Origin: Macrostomum lignano
Taxonomy: Eukaryota
DNA length: 64,000 nucleotides
NCBI GenBank assembly: GCA_002269645.1
Contig: NIVC01003332.1
Location: 1-64,000, forward strand
Reading direction: 5' to 3'
Positions within the stretch are counted from its first letter, which is position 1, and each line of letters opens with the position of its first letter. Below are positions 24,975 through 45,169 of this stretch, one piece after another. Below the pieces are notes generated by a model that was given only the letters and a program-made list of their open reading frames with translations, was not told the origin of the DNA and searched no databases. The translations under genes and the position numbers were made by a program.

Positions 24975-25765
24975 AGTGTCACTCCTCCCAGTGTCACTCC
25001 TAGCCTCCCAGTGTCACTCCTAGCCTCCCAATGTCACTCCTAACCTCACAATGTAACTCCTAGCCTCTAAATGTCACTTCTAACCTCAGTGTCACTCCTA
25101 CCCTCCCAGTGTCACTCCTACCCTCCCAATGTAACTCCTAACCTCTCAGTGTCACTCGCCCTCCCAGTGTCACTCCTAGCCTCTAAATGTCACTCCTAAC
25201 CTCTCAGTGTCACTCCTGCCCTCCCAGTGTCACTCCTAACCTCCCAGTGTCACTCCTAACCTCTATGTGTCACTCCTACCCTCTATGCGTCACTCTTACC
25301 CCCAGTGTCACTCCTACCCCCAGTGTCACTCCTAACCTCCCAGTGTCACTCCTAACCTCCCAGTGTCACTCCTAACCTCCCAGTGTCACTCCTAACCTCT
25401 ATGCGTCACTCCTACCCCCAGTGTCACTCCTAACCTCCCAGTGTCACTCCTAACCTCTATGTGTCACTCCTAACCTCCCAGTGTCACTCCTAACCTCTAT
25501 GTGTCACTCCTAACCTCTATGCGTCACTCCTACCCCCAGTGTCACTCCTAACCTCCCAGTGTCACTCCTAACCTCTATGTGTCACTCCTAACCTCTATGT
25601 GTCACTCTTACCCCCAGTGTCACTCCTAACCTCCCAGTGTCACTCCTAACCTCTATTTGTCACTCCTACCCTCCCAATATCACTCCTACCCCCCCCAGTG
25701 TCACTCTTGACCTCTCAGTGTCACTCCAATCCTTCCTGTGTCACTCCTACCCTCTGAGTGCCATT
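24975..25765. repeat. ~20-nt minisatellite (GTGTCACTCCTAACCTCCCA)n
   Basis: Read directly. Confidence 0.95.
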
Positions 25766-26297
25766 TCTTAGCGATATATTTTAGCTATGATAAATTCTGG
25801 GTGAATTTAGACTTTAGAGTCACAAATGCGAGTTGTAAACACTTTCAAATGCCAATAGATAGGTCATGCCATTCTGCTTCTTACACTGTATGTCACCTTC
25901 AATGCTAAGGTTGAATAAAAGTTAAGGAATATTTCCATTTTATATTTACATTGTACGCGTATCTCACAAATTGAAGAGAAATAAAAGTCTGCCGGTTCAA
26001 CTACCATGGTGCTATAAATTCTCTTTCTTAATTTAATCTTCAATTCTGTGCTATAGCCATGATGGTTTGATTTTTTTGTCAATTTATCTATAATCTAAGC
26101 AGCTTGCGTACTAACCGCGACCTGCTCTGCTTAAATTGAAGGCCAAACGCCAGTATTTTGTGGTTAAAATAAATATTTTTTCGAATTCTACGTAATGCAT
26201 GCTTCTCCGTCGAACTGCACTACTGCCAAGCTGATCCGCCAGTAGTGCAGTTGGAGTTTTTCTTTAATTAAAAAACAAGCACACAAAAACCCGGGCG

Positions 26298-26729
26298 ATG
26301 CGCGGCTGGCGAACAATTCCGGCGCTCAAAGGCTACCGGGTGGCGCTGATGTACCCGAAGAAGCCGGCGCCGCAGCTCACCGTCTCCATGGTGCACGAGG
26401 GCTGCACTAACAGGCCGTTCTTCACCATTCAGGCTAGAAATCACCTGCAGGCTGCCAACGACCCAGGACTGGAGCAGCTGGGCAGCTGGGATCCGCTGGT
26501 GAACACGCACGGAGAGCAGCTGGTTGGAGTGGACATCGGGCGCCTCATGCACTGGATGGCCCACGGAGCTCGGCCTTCGCTTGGCGTGGCTCGGCTGTTT
26601 GGCTTGGCTGGCGTGCTGCCCATTCATCCGAGCTCCGAGCTGGAGGCCCTCCGGCTCGGCCGGCGGCTGAGCGCCGCTGCCAGCGTCAAGGCGACCGGCG
26701 GCGGCGGCGGCGCTGCTGGGGGCCGTTGA
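26298..26729 (+). CDS. MRPS16: Mitochondrial ribosomal protein S16 (bS16m), single coding exon
   Basis: GCTNRPFF...EQLGSWDPLVNTHGEQLVGVD...WMAHGARPS...LFGLAGVLPIHP matches the MRPS16 family. Confidence 0.95.
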   Translation: MRGWRTIPALKGYRVALMYPKKPAPQLTVSMVHEGCTNRPFFTIQARNHLQAANDPGLEQLGSWDPLVNTHGEQLVGVDIGRLMHWMAHGARPSLGVARLFGLAGVLPIHPSSELEALRLGRRLSAAASVKATGGGGGAAGGR

Positions 26730-26774
26730 GACTGCGGGGGATGAGCTGCTTGCTGGCTGAGTTTTGGGTTCTGG

Positions 26775-27130
26775 CTGTCTGAGTGACTGGCTGTGTCCGA
26801 GTATCTGTGTCCGTTTGGCCGTGACCGATTTTCTGCGTCTGTGTCAGAGTGACTGTATATCTGTGTCCGAGTGTCTGTATTTCTGTGTCCGAGTGACTGT
26901 TTGTCTGTGTCCGAGTGTCTGTATGTCTGTCCGAGTGACTGTATGTCTGTCCGAGTGACTGTATGTCTGTGTCCGAGTGTCTGTATGTCTGTGTCCGAGT
27001 GTCTGTATGTCTGTGTCCGAGTGTCTGTATGTCTGTGTCCGAGTGTCTGTATGTCTGTGTCCGAGTGTCTGTATGTCTGCGTCCGAGTGACTGTATGTCT
27101 GTGTCCGAGTGACTGTGTCTGTCTGTCTGT
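26775..27130. repeat. Minisatellite (GTCCGAGTGTCTGTATGTCTGT-like)
   Basis: Read directly, between MRPS16 and MNAT1. Confidence 0.85.
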
Positions 27131-27581
27131 CATTTCAATCGTTCTGTCAGTGCCAGTGTTAGCTGCACCAGTGTGACCCTCTGACCTTTGCATGCCGCCC
27201 TCTTGCAATTCAATCTGCAATTGTCAACAAGCAGAAATGTACAACTTGAATCGCATTCTGTAGCTGCTATCCGCATAGACTGATGCATCCAATTTGTTTA
27301 CTTGTTCAAGTTAATGTATGAATAGTTTGATATAAAAAGTTTATAAATATACTTCGTACCATCTTGAGTGGTGGTTTATACCGCCTACTTGTTAGTAGTA
27401 AGTATTTTGATCATAATTTTTGGTTAGTTTTTATTTGCTATAATATCTAATTTACCATGATATACCGGTGTACTACTGACTAGAAAAAATCTTATCTGTA
27501 ATAGATCGCACCGAACTTGTCATCAATAGCATATCTAGAAACAGCCGGTTGTTATTGCCCACAGCGTCACAATTGGCTCCC

Positions 27582-29766
27582 ATGGACAAGCAGAAGTGCC
27601 CAGAATGCAAGGCCACCAAGTACACCAATCCCAGTCTGAAGATGATGGTGAACGCGTGCGGCCACGCGCTATGCGAGAACTGCGTAGACATTCTGTTCTC
27701 GCGCGGCAGCGGCGCCTGCCCGCAGTGCAAAACTCCTCTGCGCAGGGGCCAGTTCCGCTTCCAGATGTTCGAGGACAGCCAGGTGACTTGGCATCCTGAT
27801 TACTTGTGTTTTGGTAATTCACTTGGGATATTAGGGTGAGATTCTGAGACTTGAGATTTTAGGGTGAGATTCCGAGACTTGTGATATTAGGGTGAGATTC
27901 CGAGACTTGAGATATTAGGGTGAGATTTCGAGACTTTAGATTTTAGGGTGAGATTCTAAGACTTAAGAAATTATGATGAGATTCTGAGACTTTAGATTTT
28001 AGGGTGAGATTCTAAGACTTTAGATTTTAGGGTGAGATTCTGAGACTTGAGATTTTAGGGTGAGATTCTAAGACTTAAGATTTTCAAGTGAGATTCTGAG
28101 ACTTGTGATATTAGGGTGAGATTCTGAGACTTGAAATTTTAGGGTGAGATTCTGAGACTTGAGATTTTAGGGTGAGATTCTAAGACTTAAGATTTTCAAG
28201 TGAGATTCTGAGACTTTAGATTTTAGGGTGAGATTCTAAGACTTGAGATTTTAGGGTGAGATTCTAAGACTTAAGATTTTAAAGTGAGATTCTGACTTGT
28301 GATATTAGGGTGAGATTCTGAGACTTTAGATTTTAGGGTGAGATTCTAAGACTTGAGATTTTAGGGTGAGATTCTAAGACTTAAGATTTTAGGGTGAGAT
28401 TCTAAGACTTTAGATTTTAGGGTGAGATTCTGACTTGTGATATTAGAATGAAAATATTAGGATGAGATTCGGAGACTTGAAAATTTAGGGTGAGATTCTG
28501 AGACTGATTTTAGGGTGAGATTTCAAGACTTGAGATTTTAGGGTGAGATACTGAGACTTAAGATTTTAGGGTGAGATTCTGAGACTTGAAAGTTTAGGGT
28601 GAGATTCTGAGACTTGAAATCCTAAAGTGAGATTTTAAGACTTAAGATTTTAAAGTGAGATTCTGTGACTTGTGATATTAGGGTGAGATTCTGAGACTTG
28701 AGATTTTAGGGTGAGATCCTGAGACTTTAGATTTTAGGGTGAGATTCTGAGACTTTAGATTTTAGGGTGAGATTCTGAGACTTTAGATTTTAGGGTGAGA
28801 TCCTGAGACTTTAGATTTTAGGGTGAGATTCTGAGACTTGAAATCCTAAAGTGAGATTTTAAGACTTAAGATTTTAAAGTGAGATTCTGTGACTTGAGAT
28901 TTTAGGGTGAGATTCTGAGACTTGAGATTTTAGGGTGAGATCCTGAGGCTTGAGATTTTAGGGAGAGATTCTGAGACGAGATATTAGAGTGAGATTCTGA
29001 AGCTTGAGATTTTAGGGTGAGATTCTGAAGCTTGAGATTTTAGGGAGAGATTCTGAGACGAGATATTAGAGTGAGATTCTGAAGCTTGAGATTTAACAGT
29101 GAGATTCTGAAGCTTGAGATTTTAGGGTGAGATTCAGACGACTGAGATATTGGGGTGAGATTCTAAAACAGGGAATGTGTGATTTTAAGGACTAACAGTG
29201 AGATTCTGAAATTTAATTCCTTAGGTGGAAAAGGAACTGGACATTCGTAAGCGCTTGATGAAGGATCTGAACTTATCCGAGGACAATTTCTCCAGCCTAG
29301 CCGAGTACAACAACTATTTGGAGTTTGTTGAATCCGCCGTGTTCAACTTAGCGAACGAGATCGATGTTGAAGCAACAAAGCGCAGCGTCGAAGAGTTCAA
29401 GAAGGCGCACGCGGACGCCATCAAGAGTAACCGGCTGCGGCGGAGGCCCGAGCTGGCCGCTCTGGACAATGTCATCGAGTCGGAGGCGTCGGGCTCAGGC
29501 AGGAGCAACGGCGTGGAGACGGCGGCGGCAGCGGCAGCGCCAGGTACGTGAAATGAGTTGAAAATGCTTTAGCGAGATGGTGAGGATACAATCTGTTTTA
29601 TTAGCAGTGAAATTGTCAATTATCTCAGCTGCCGGTATGCATATAGTTTGTTGCTAAGGGGCTGCTCAGCGCGTCTGACTCTTGCGCCCCGACACCTGTC
29701 TGTCTGTCTGTCTGCCTGTCTGCCTGCCTGCCTGCCTGTCTTAGTGTCCTGTCTGTCTTAGTGTCC

Positions 29767-29835
<69 letters not shown>

Positions 29836-29918
29836 TAGTGTCTGTCTGTCTGTCTGTCTGTCTGCCTGCCTGCCTGCCTGCCTGCCTGTCTTAGTGTCCT
29901 GTCTGTCTGTCTGTCTGT

Positions 29919-29951
<33 letters not shown>

Positions 29952-29960
29952 TTAGTGTCC

Positions 29961-29997
<37 letters not shown>

Positions 29998-30633
29998 TTT
30001 ATGTGCTTTTATGTTTTAGGGGCGCGGTACACCCCGCGTGAGCGTGTGTATGAGTGCATGCCTGCTTACAGTATCTGTGCGCGTGCCCAGGGGCATGACT
30101 GTCTGCCTGCTCGCTAGCTACGGGTCATTCGGTGCACGTCCACTCGGAGGGAAAGCACAATCGCGGCAGATGTTGCCGTCAAACCAAAAGCTTTCAATTG
30201 TTTTTTTGGATGAAATGATTTCGGGCAGAAGGCAAATTCAAGACGTAAACAGCTGATCTGCTGCTCGCTCTCTGCAGGCGCCACCGCCTCTGATGCAGCT
30301 GCGGCGGGAGCGGCGGCGGCTGTCAGTTCCGCTGCCAGCGTCTCAACCGCTTCATCCACAGCCTCCGCTGGCGTCGCTTCCACGGCCTCCATGGCGGGAC
30401 AGAACTCGCGACCGCCTGCGAGCAGTCTGGACCCCGACACCCTGGCTGAGCTGGTCAAGCCTCACCGGCTGGCATTGAACGGACCGTCCTTGGACTCCGC
30501 GGCCGCCGACGCCGCCGTATCAGTGCTGGCCGACCGTCTGCCTGCCGACTACCCGGCTGGCGGGTACACCGCACAGCTGGGGCTGCACCGGCTGCTGGCT
30601 GATGCGTACTGCGATCTGTACTACCGACTGTGA
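27582..30633 (+). CDS. MNAT1: CDK-activating kinase assembly factor MAT1 (TFIIH subunit)
   Basis: Exons 27582-27782 (RING CPECK...CGHALCENC...CPQC), 29225-29543 ([10 protein letters not shown]...EYNNYLE) and 30278-30633 ([18 protein letters not shown]). Phases agree, giving 291 aa. Optional 18-nt microexon at 30020-30037. Confidence 0.97.
27825..29200. repeat. 28-nt minisatellite (TTTTAGGGTGAGATTCTGAGACTTGAGA)n, MNAT1 intron 1
   Basis: Read directly. Confidence 0.97.
29695..29998. repeat. (TGTC)n/(TGCC)n microsatellite, MNAT1 intron 2
   Basis: Read directly. Confidence 0.95.
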
Positions 30634-30679
30634 GCTTGGGAGAGACAGTTAGACCTCTTGTGCCCCTAAAATCACCCTT

Positions 30680-31460
30680 CTAAAATGCCTCCTAGAAGAA
30701 ATCGCCTTTCCTAAACGTCTCTGGAAATCTCCCCCAAAAATCGCCTCTGAAAATTTCCCCAAAAATCGCCTGTCTGGAAATCTTCCCCAAAATCGCCTTA
30801 CTGAAACGTTTCCTATTTAAAAAAATAAATAAAAACGTTTCCTAGAAAATCGCCTCTCTGGAAACCTCCGCAGAAAATCGCCTGTCTAGAAATCTCCCCA
30901 GAAAATCGCCTGTCTAGAAATCTCCCCAGAAAATCGCCTGTCAGGAAATCTCCCCAGAAAATCGCCTGTCAGGAAATCTCCCCAGAAAATCGCCTGTCTA
31001 GAAATCTCCCCAGAAAATTGCCTGTCTAGAAATCTCCCCAGAAAATCGCCTGTCTAAAAATCTCCCCAGAAAATCGCCTGTCAGGAAATCTCCCCAGAGA
31101 ATCGCCTGTCAGGAAATCTCCCCAGAGAATCGCCTGTCTGGAAATCTCCCTAGAAAATCGCCTGTCAGGAAATCTCCCCAGAAAATCGCCTGTCTAGAAA
31201 TCTCCCCAGAGAATCGCCTGTCTGGAAATCTCCCCAGAGAATCGCCTGTCTGGAAATCTCCCCAGAGAATCGCCTGTCTGGAAATCTCCCCAGAAAATCG
31301 CCTGTCTAGAAATCTCCCTAGAAAATCGCCTTACCGAAACGTTTCCTAGTAAATCGCCTCTCTAATAATCTCCCCAGAAAATCGCCTCTCTGGCAATCTC
31401 CCAAAAAATCGCCTTACAGAAACGTTTCCTAGAAAATCGGAAATTTCCCCAGAAAATCGC
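30680..31460. repeat. 28-nt minisatellite (GAAAATCGCCTGTCTAGAAATCTCCCCA)n
   Basis: Read directly, downstream of the MNAT1 stop. Confidence 0.95.
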
Positions 31461-31899
31461 CAACAACATTGTCAAAAAACACAGTCCTTACCCTAGCTGG
31501 ACACTAACCACCACTGTATACAGGTAAAGTTGGTCTTTCGCATTTTGAAAATAGTTTTCTTGTTTTACTTGTTTGAGCTATTTAAAACAAATATTTCTCT
31601 CCATCTCGGAAAACTTTTGGTTGACATTGTTGGACATTTGCTTTTCCAGGTGTTGCCTTGGTTTTGTCATTCTGGTTGCTTGTATCGTTGATAAAAACAA
31701 TAAATAAATAATAAACGCGATAAATCAATATTTAGCTTGAACTTTTTAATAAACTATACTACAAGTATGATACTTTTATGATTATTTCTATTTATTTAAA
31801 ACAGAAACCTCTAATAGGATTGTCTTCAAATTCGCACAGAAAGAAATCTATTGATAAACTTTTTTACTTGATTTTTTAGCCTTCTTATAATACTATTAG

Positions 31900-32122
31900 T
31901 ATAAATAATAGTAATGGATTACACCTGCCCCAATTGGGCCAGATATGCAACCGACAGCTCAGCCGCAGCTATTGGCACCCATTTTTAGCTACGAGTAGGT
32001 GAACTGAAGCAATGCAGAATTAAGTGTCTTGCTCAAGGACACGTATTGTTCCAGTGGGATCGGGAATCGAACCCCCGACCATCAATTCGTGAGTCCGCCG
32101 CTCTAACCACTAGGCTGCAACC
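31900..32122 (-). mobile_element. tRNA-derived SINE, copy A
   Basis: Minus strand: A-box TAGTGGTTAG, B-box GGTTCGATTCC, then the central block GTGTCCTTGAGCAAGACACTTAA...TTCAGTTCACC...AAATGGGTG, then an AT-rich simple tail. Homologous to copies B and C. Confidence 0.85.
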
Positions 32123-32276
32123 ATTGGCTAAAACTTTAATAAAACTCCCGATGAGTCGGTGTTGATCAATTACGAGAACTTTCTAAGAAAAATGAGTTCT
32201 TACTTTTTGCGCACGCTAACAAGAGATTTGCTTGATTGCGATATGAATGTTTTTGAACGCAGACTTGTTGCGCACT

Positions 32277-42281
<10,005 letters not shown>

Positions 42282-43525
42282 GGCATATGAGTATCCACCT
42301 TCATGACATGGAGTTCTCGCTTAATCTGCTGGAGATCTAGACACTGTTTTGGAGTTAGAGAGCAGCGCTAACTGTCGTGAATTTGTACTCAAGGCTTTTC
42401 TATTCACACCCAGCTCGTACACTGTACACTGGCCTCGCTTGGCTACGCTGCTCAGAGCAACCTACCCCCAATCTCCTCTCCTCTGATTCTTCTTCTCTTG
42501 CCGTCAGTGTACTTTCTATTCTTAAGCAATCCCCGTCCCTTGAAAGCATCGCGCCCCTCAGCCAAATCAAGGCTCTGAGAGCTGTTCTGAGCTGTGCCAA
42601 TCACTTCGAAGCACAGCACAGGCAGCTAGAAGAAATACAAACTATGATACAAATTGCATATTTTCTGCAAAATTTATTTATTTTCGACTACTATTAGTAG
42701 ACTGTTGGGCAGAATAAGTTCAATGACGGAACTGTTTAAAAAGCTATTGGCAGAGACTAATTAGTGGAAAATATTTACAATTATATTAATGCTTTGAAGC
42801 TCTCATTTATCTCATCAGTTCTCTCTTTTACAGGAAATACCGCGTGTGTAGTTTGCGTTTGATCTGAGATTGTCTGTCCTTCTGCGTTCACATTAGAGTT
42901 CACTTTTCACACCTTCGCTAATTCGTTCTCACCCTTCTTCTCACTCTCACCCTTCAGCTCACTCTCACCCTCCAGCTCACTCTCACCCTCCAGCTCACTC
43001 TCACCCTCCAGCTCACTCTCAATCTCAATCTCACTCTCGCTCTCATCCTCACTCCCATCTCACCCTCATTCTCACTCTCACTCTCACTTTCCATCTCATT
43101 TTCACTCTCATTCGTCATCTCAACCTCGTTTTTACCTCAAGAGCAGATAGGATGAGAGAAGAGATGAGAGTGAAGAGAAGAGACACCGACCTTGAGCGGG
43201 CCGGATTGCTATTGTGAAGTTTCAAAGGAACCGAGGGTCGGGCAGAGAGGCACCACCGACTATTGCACTAAATCTTTCCAGCCTTTCTCAGCAGGCATAT
43301 TTTCAATCCAAACCGCTCATGCACGCACTCTGGCACTCAAATCTCCTCTTTCTACCATGTTGCATTATTCCTTTGTCCCACGTCTCTCGCCATTCCCTTG
43401 AAAAAATCCTCCCCCCATAAATTTTGCTTCCCTTATCCCATAACAATTTCCCCTCTGCCGCTCCGGCCCATTATCCCGATCCCCTCCTGGGGGCCTCATC
43501 CTCGTTTAGCTCTGCTCAACTGGTG

Positions 43526-43539
43526 GTTTCCATGGAAAC
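43526..43539. promoter_or_regulatory. RFX X-box (perfect palindrome GTTTCCATGGAAAC)
   Basis: Matches the 14-bp X-box consensus (GTHNYY-AT-RRNAAC). Lies between the divergent TRPM and CCDC154-like genes. Confidence 0.6.
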
Positions 43540-43626
43540 TAGAGTTGGTGCGTCATCTTCATCAACCCAGCCAGCTTCCCCCTCATTTCAGCCTCTCTCT
43601 CCCCTCTTTCTCTCTCCCCAAGGTGA

Positions 43627-43640
43627 GTTGCCATGGAAAC
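43627..43640. promoter_or_regulatory. RFX X-box (GTTGCCATGGAAAC)
   Basis: Second consensus X-box, 101 bp from the first. Confidence 0.6.
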
Positions 43641-44164
43641 ACTAGCTTCATCCCTATCCCGACTCAGTCTTTTGTCTCTGCTGCCTCTGCACTGCCGACT
43701 CGCGCACACCCTGAGCAGGCAGCCAATTGAACTCAAATTGCCTTTTGCCTCTGCTTTAAAAAGCTCTGCTGTACAACGATCGGTCTTTGGGAACACAGCA
43801 ACCCCTGCTCTTCTTCTGGCAGCAGAGCCTTCCACGGTCATTTTGAGTCGGGAGACCAGCTCTATATGTACAATTTTAAACAGAACTTTGGCTCGCGAAG
43901 CAAGGATGACAGGTGAGAAAGACGGAGATAATTACTGACTTTTTGAATTTTTAATCAGTTAAGTGCTTCTACTTTCAACTACAAGTAAGATGCGTTACGG
44001 ACCTTGAACTGATGAGGGTTCTGCTAAGCTTTTGCAGGAATTGGCTCAGAGCATTGGAAACACAAACAACAATCTGCAGACTATTCGGCACATATTACTG
44101 CATCTAATCCTATCTGATTTGAGGCCACCATTCATTTGGGGCTTTCGTGTGATTCACATCCGTT

Positions 44165-44460
44165 CACAGGGCCAACACCCTAATGCACAGAGATTGTACA
44201 TGCTTGATGATTGGAAAGTCACAGGGCCGCTTGTACACCCTGTGTGAGCGTGTGCATGGGTGCGTGCCTCCGTACAGTATTGGCCACACTCACCCTCAAT
44301 TACCCCAGCTAATGCTGGCACCCATTTTACAGCTGGGTGAACTGAAGCAATGCAGAGTTAAGTGTCTTGCTCAAGGACACAAGTTGTTCCGAGTGGGTCG
44401 AGACTCGAACCCCCGACCTTTTAGTCGTGAGTCCGACGCTCTAACCACTAGGCTGCAACC
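44165..44460 (-). mobile_element. tRNA-derived SINE, copy C, with a different 3' tail
   Basis: A-box TAGTGGTTAG, B-box GGTTCGAGTC and the same central block. Its tail (GCCAATACTGTAC...CACACAGGGTGTACA...GCCCTGTGACTTTC) also occurs on the + strand at ~32563-32660 and ~53900-53980. Confidence 0.85.
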
Positions 44461-45095
44461 CCTTAATTAGGCTAAAACTTTTTAATTAGGCTACAACCCC
44501 TTAATTAGGCTACAACCCCTTAATTCGGATACAACCCATTAATTAGGCCACAACCCCTTAATTAGACTACAACCCATTAATTAGACTACAACCCCTTAGT
44601 TAGGCTACAATCCCTTAGTTAGGCTACAATCCCTTAATTACGCTACAGCCTCTTAACTAACCTACAACCCCTTAATTAGGCTACAACCACTAATTAGGCT
44701 ACAACCCCTCAGGCAACAACCCCTCAGGCTACACCCTTCAGGCTACACCCCTCAGGCTACAACCCCTCAGGCAACAACCCCTCAGGCAACAACCCCTCAG
44801 GCAACAACCCCTCAGGCAACAACCCCTCAGGCTACAACCCTCAGGCTACAACCCCTCAGGCTACAACCCCTCAGGCTACATCCCTCAGGCTACACCCCTC
44901 AGGCTACAACCCCTCAGGCAAGAACCCCTCAGGCTACACCCCTCAGGCTACAACCCCTCAGGCTACAACCCCTCAGGCTACATCCCTCAGGCTACACCCC
45001 TCAGGCTACAACCCCTCAGGCAAGAACCCCTCAGGCTACACCCCTCAGGCTACAACCCCTCAGGCTACAACACCTCAGGCTACAACCCCTCAGAG
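44461..45095. repeat. Minisatellite (CCTTAATTAGGCTACAAC, then CCCTCAGGCTACAAC) abutting the SINE 5' end
   Basis: Read directly. The unit shortens along the array. Confidence 0.93.
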
Positions 45096-45169
45096 TGTTG
45101 CACCAGGCTACCCACAGCCCCTGCAATTATTTATTAGAGCTGCTAATCGAACCGGTCTGATTTCCCCAG

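Noticed and set aside
26298-26729. Intronless MRPS16 as a retrocopy
   Set aside because: No poly(A) remnant or target-site duplication seen, the ORF is intact, and short single-exon genes are unremarkable.
44385-44460. tRNA-like sequence with A and B boxes
   Set aside because: No convincing acceptor stem, it continues into a SINE core, and diverged copies occur three times. It is a SINE head, not a tRNA gene.
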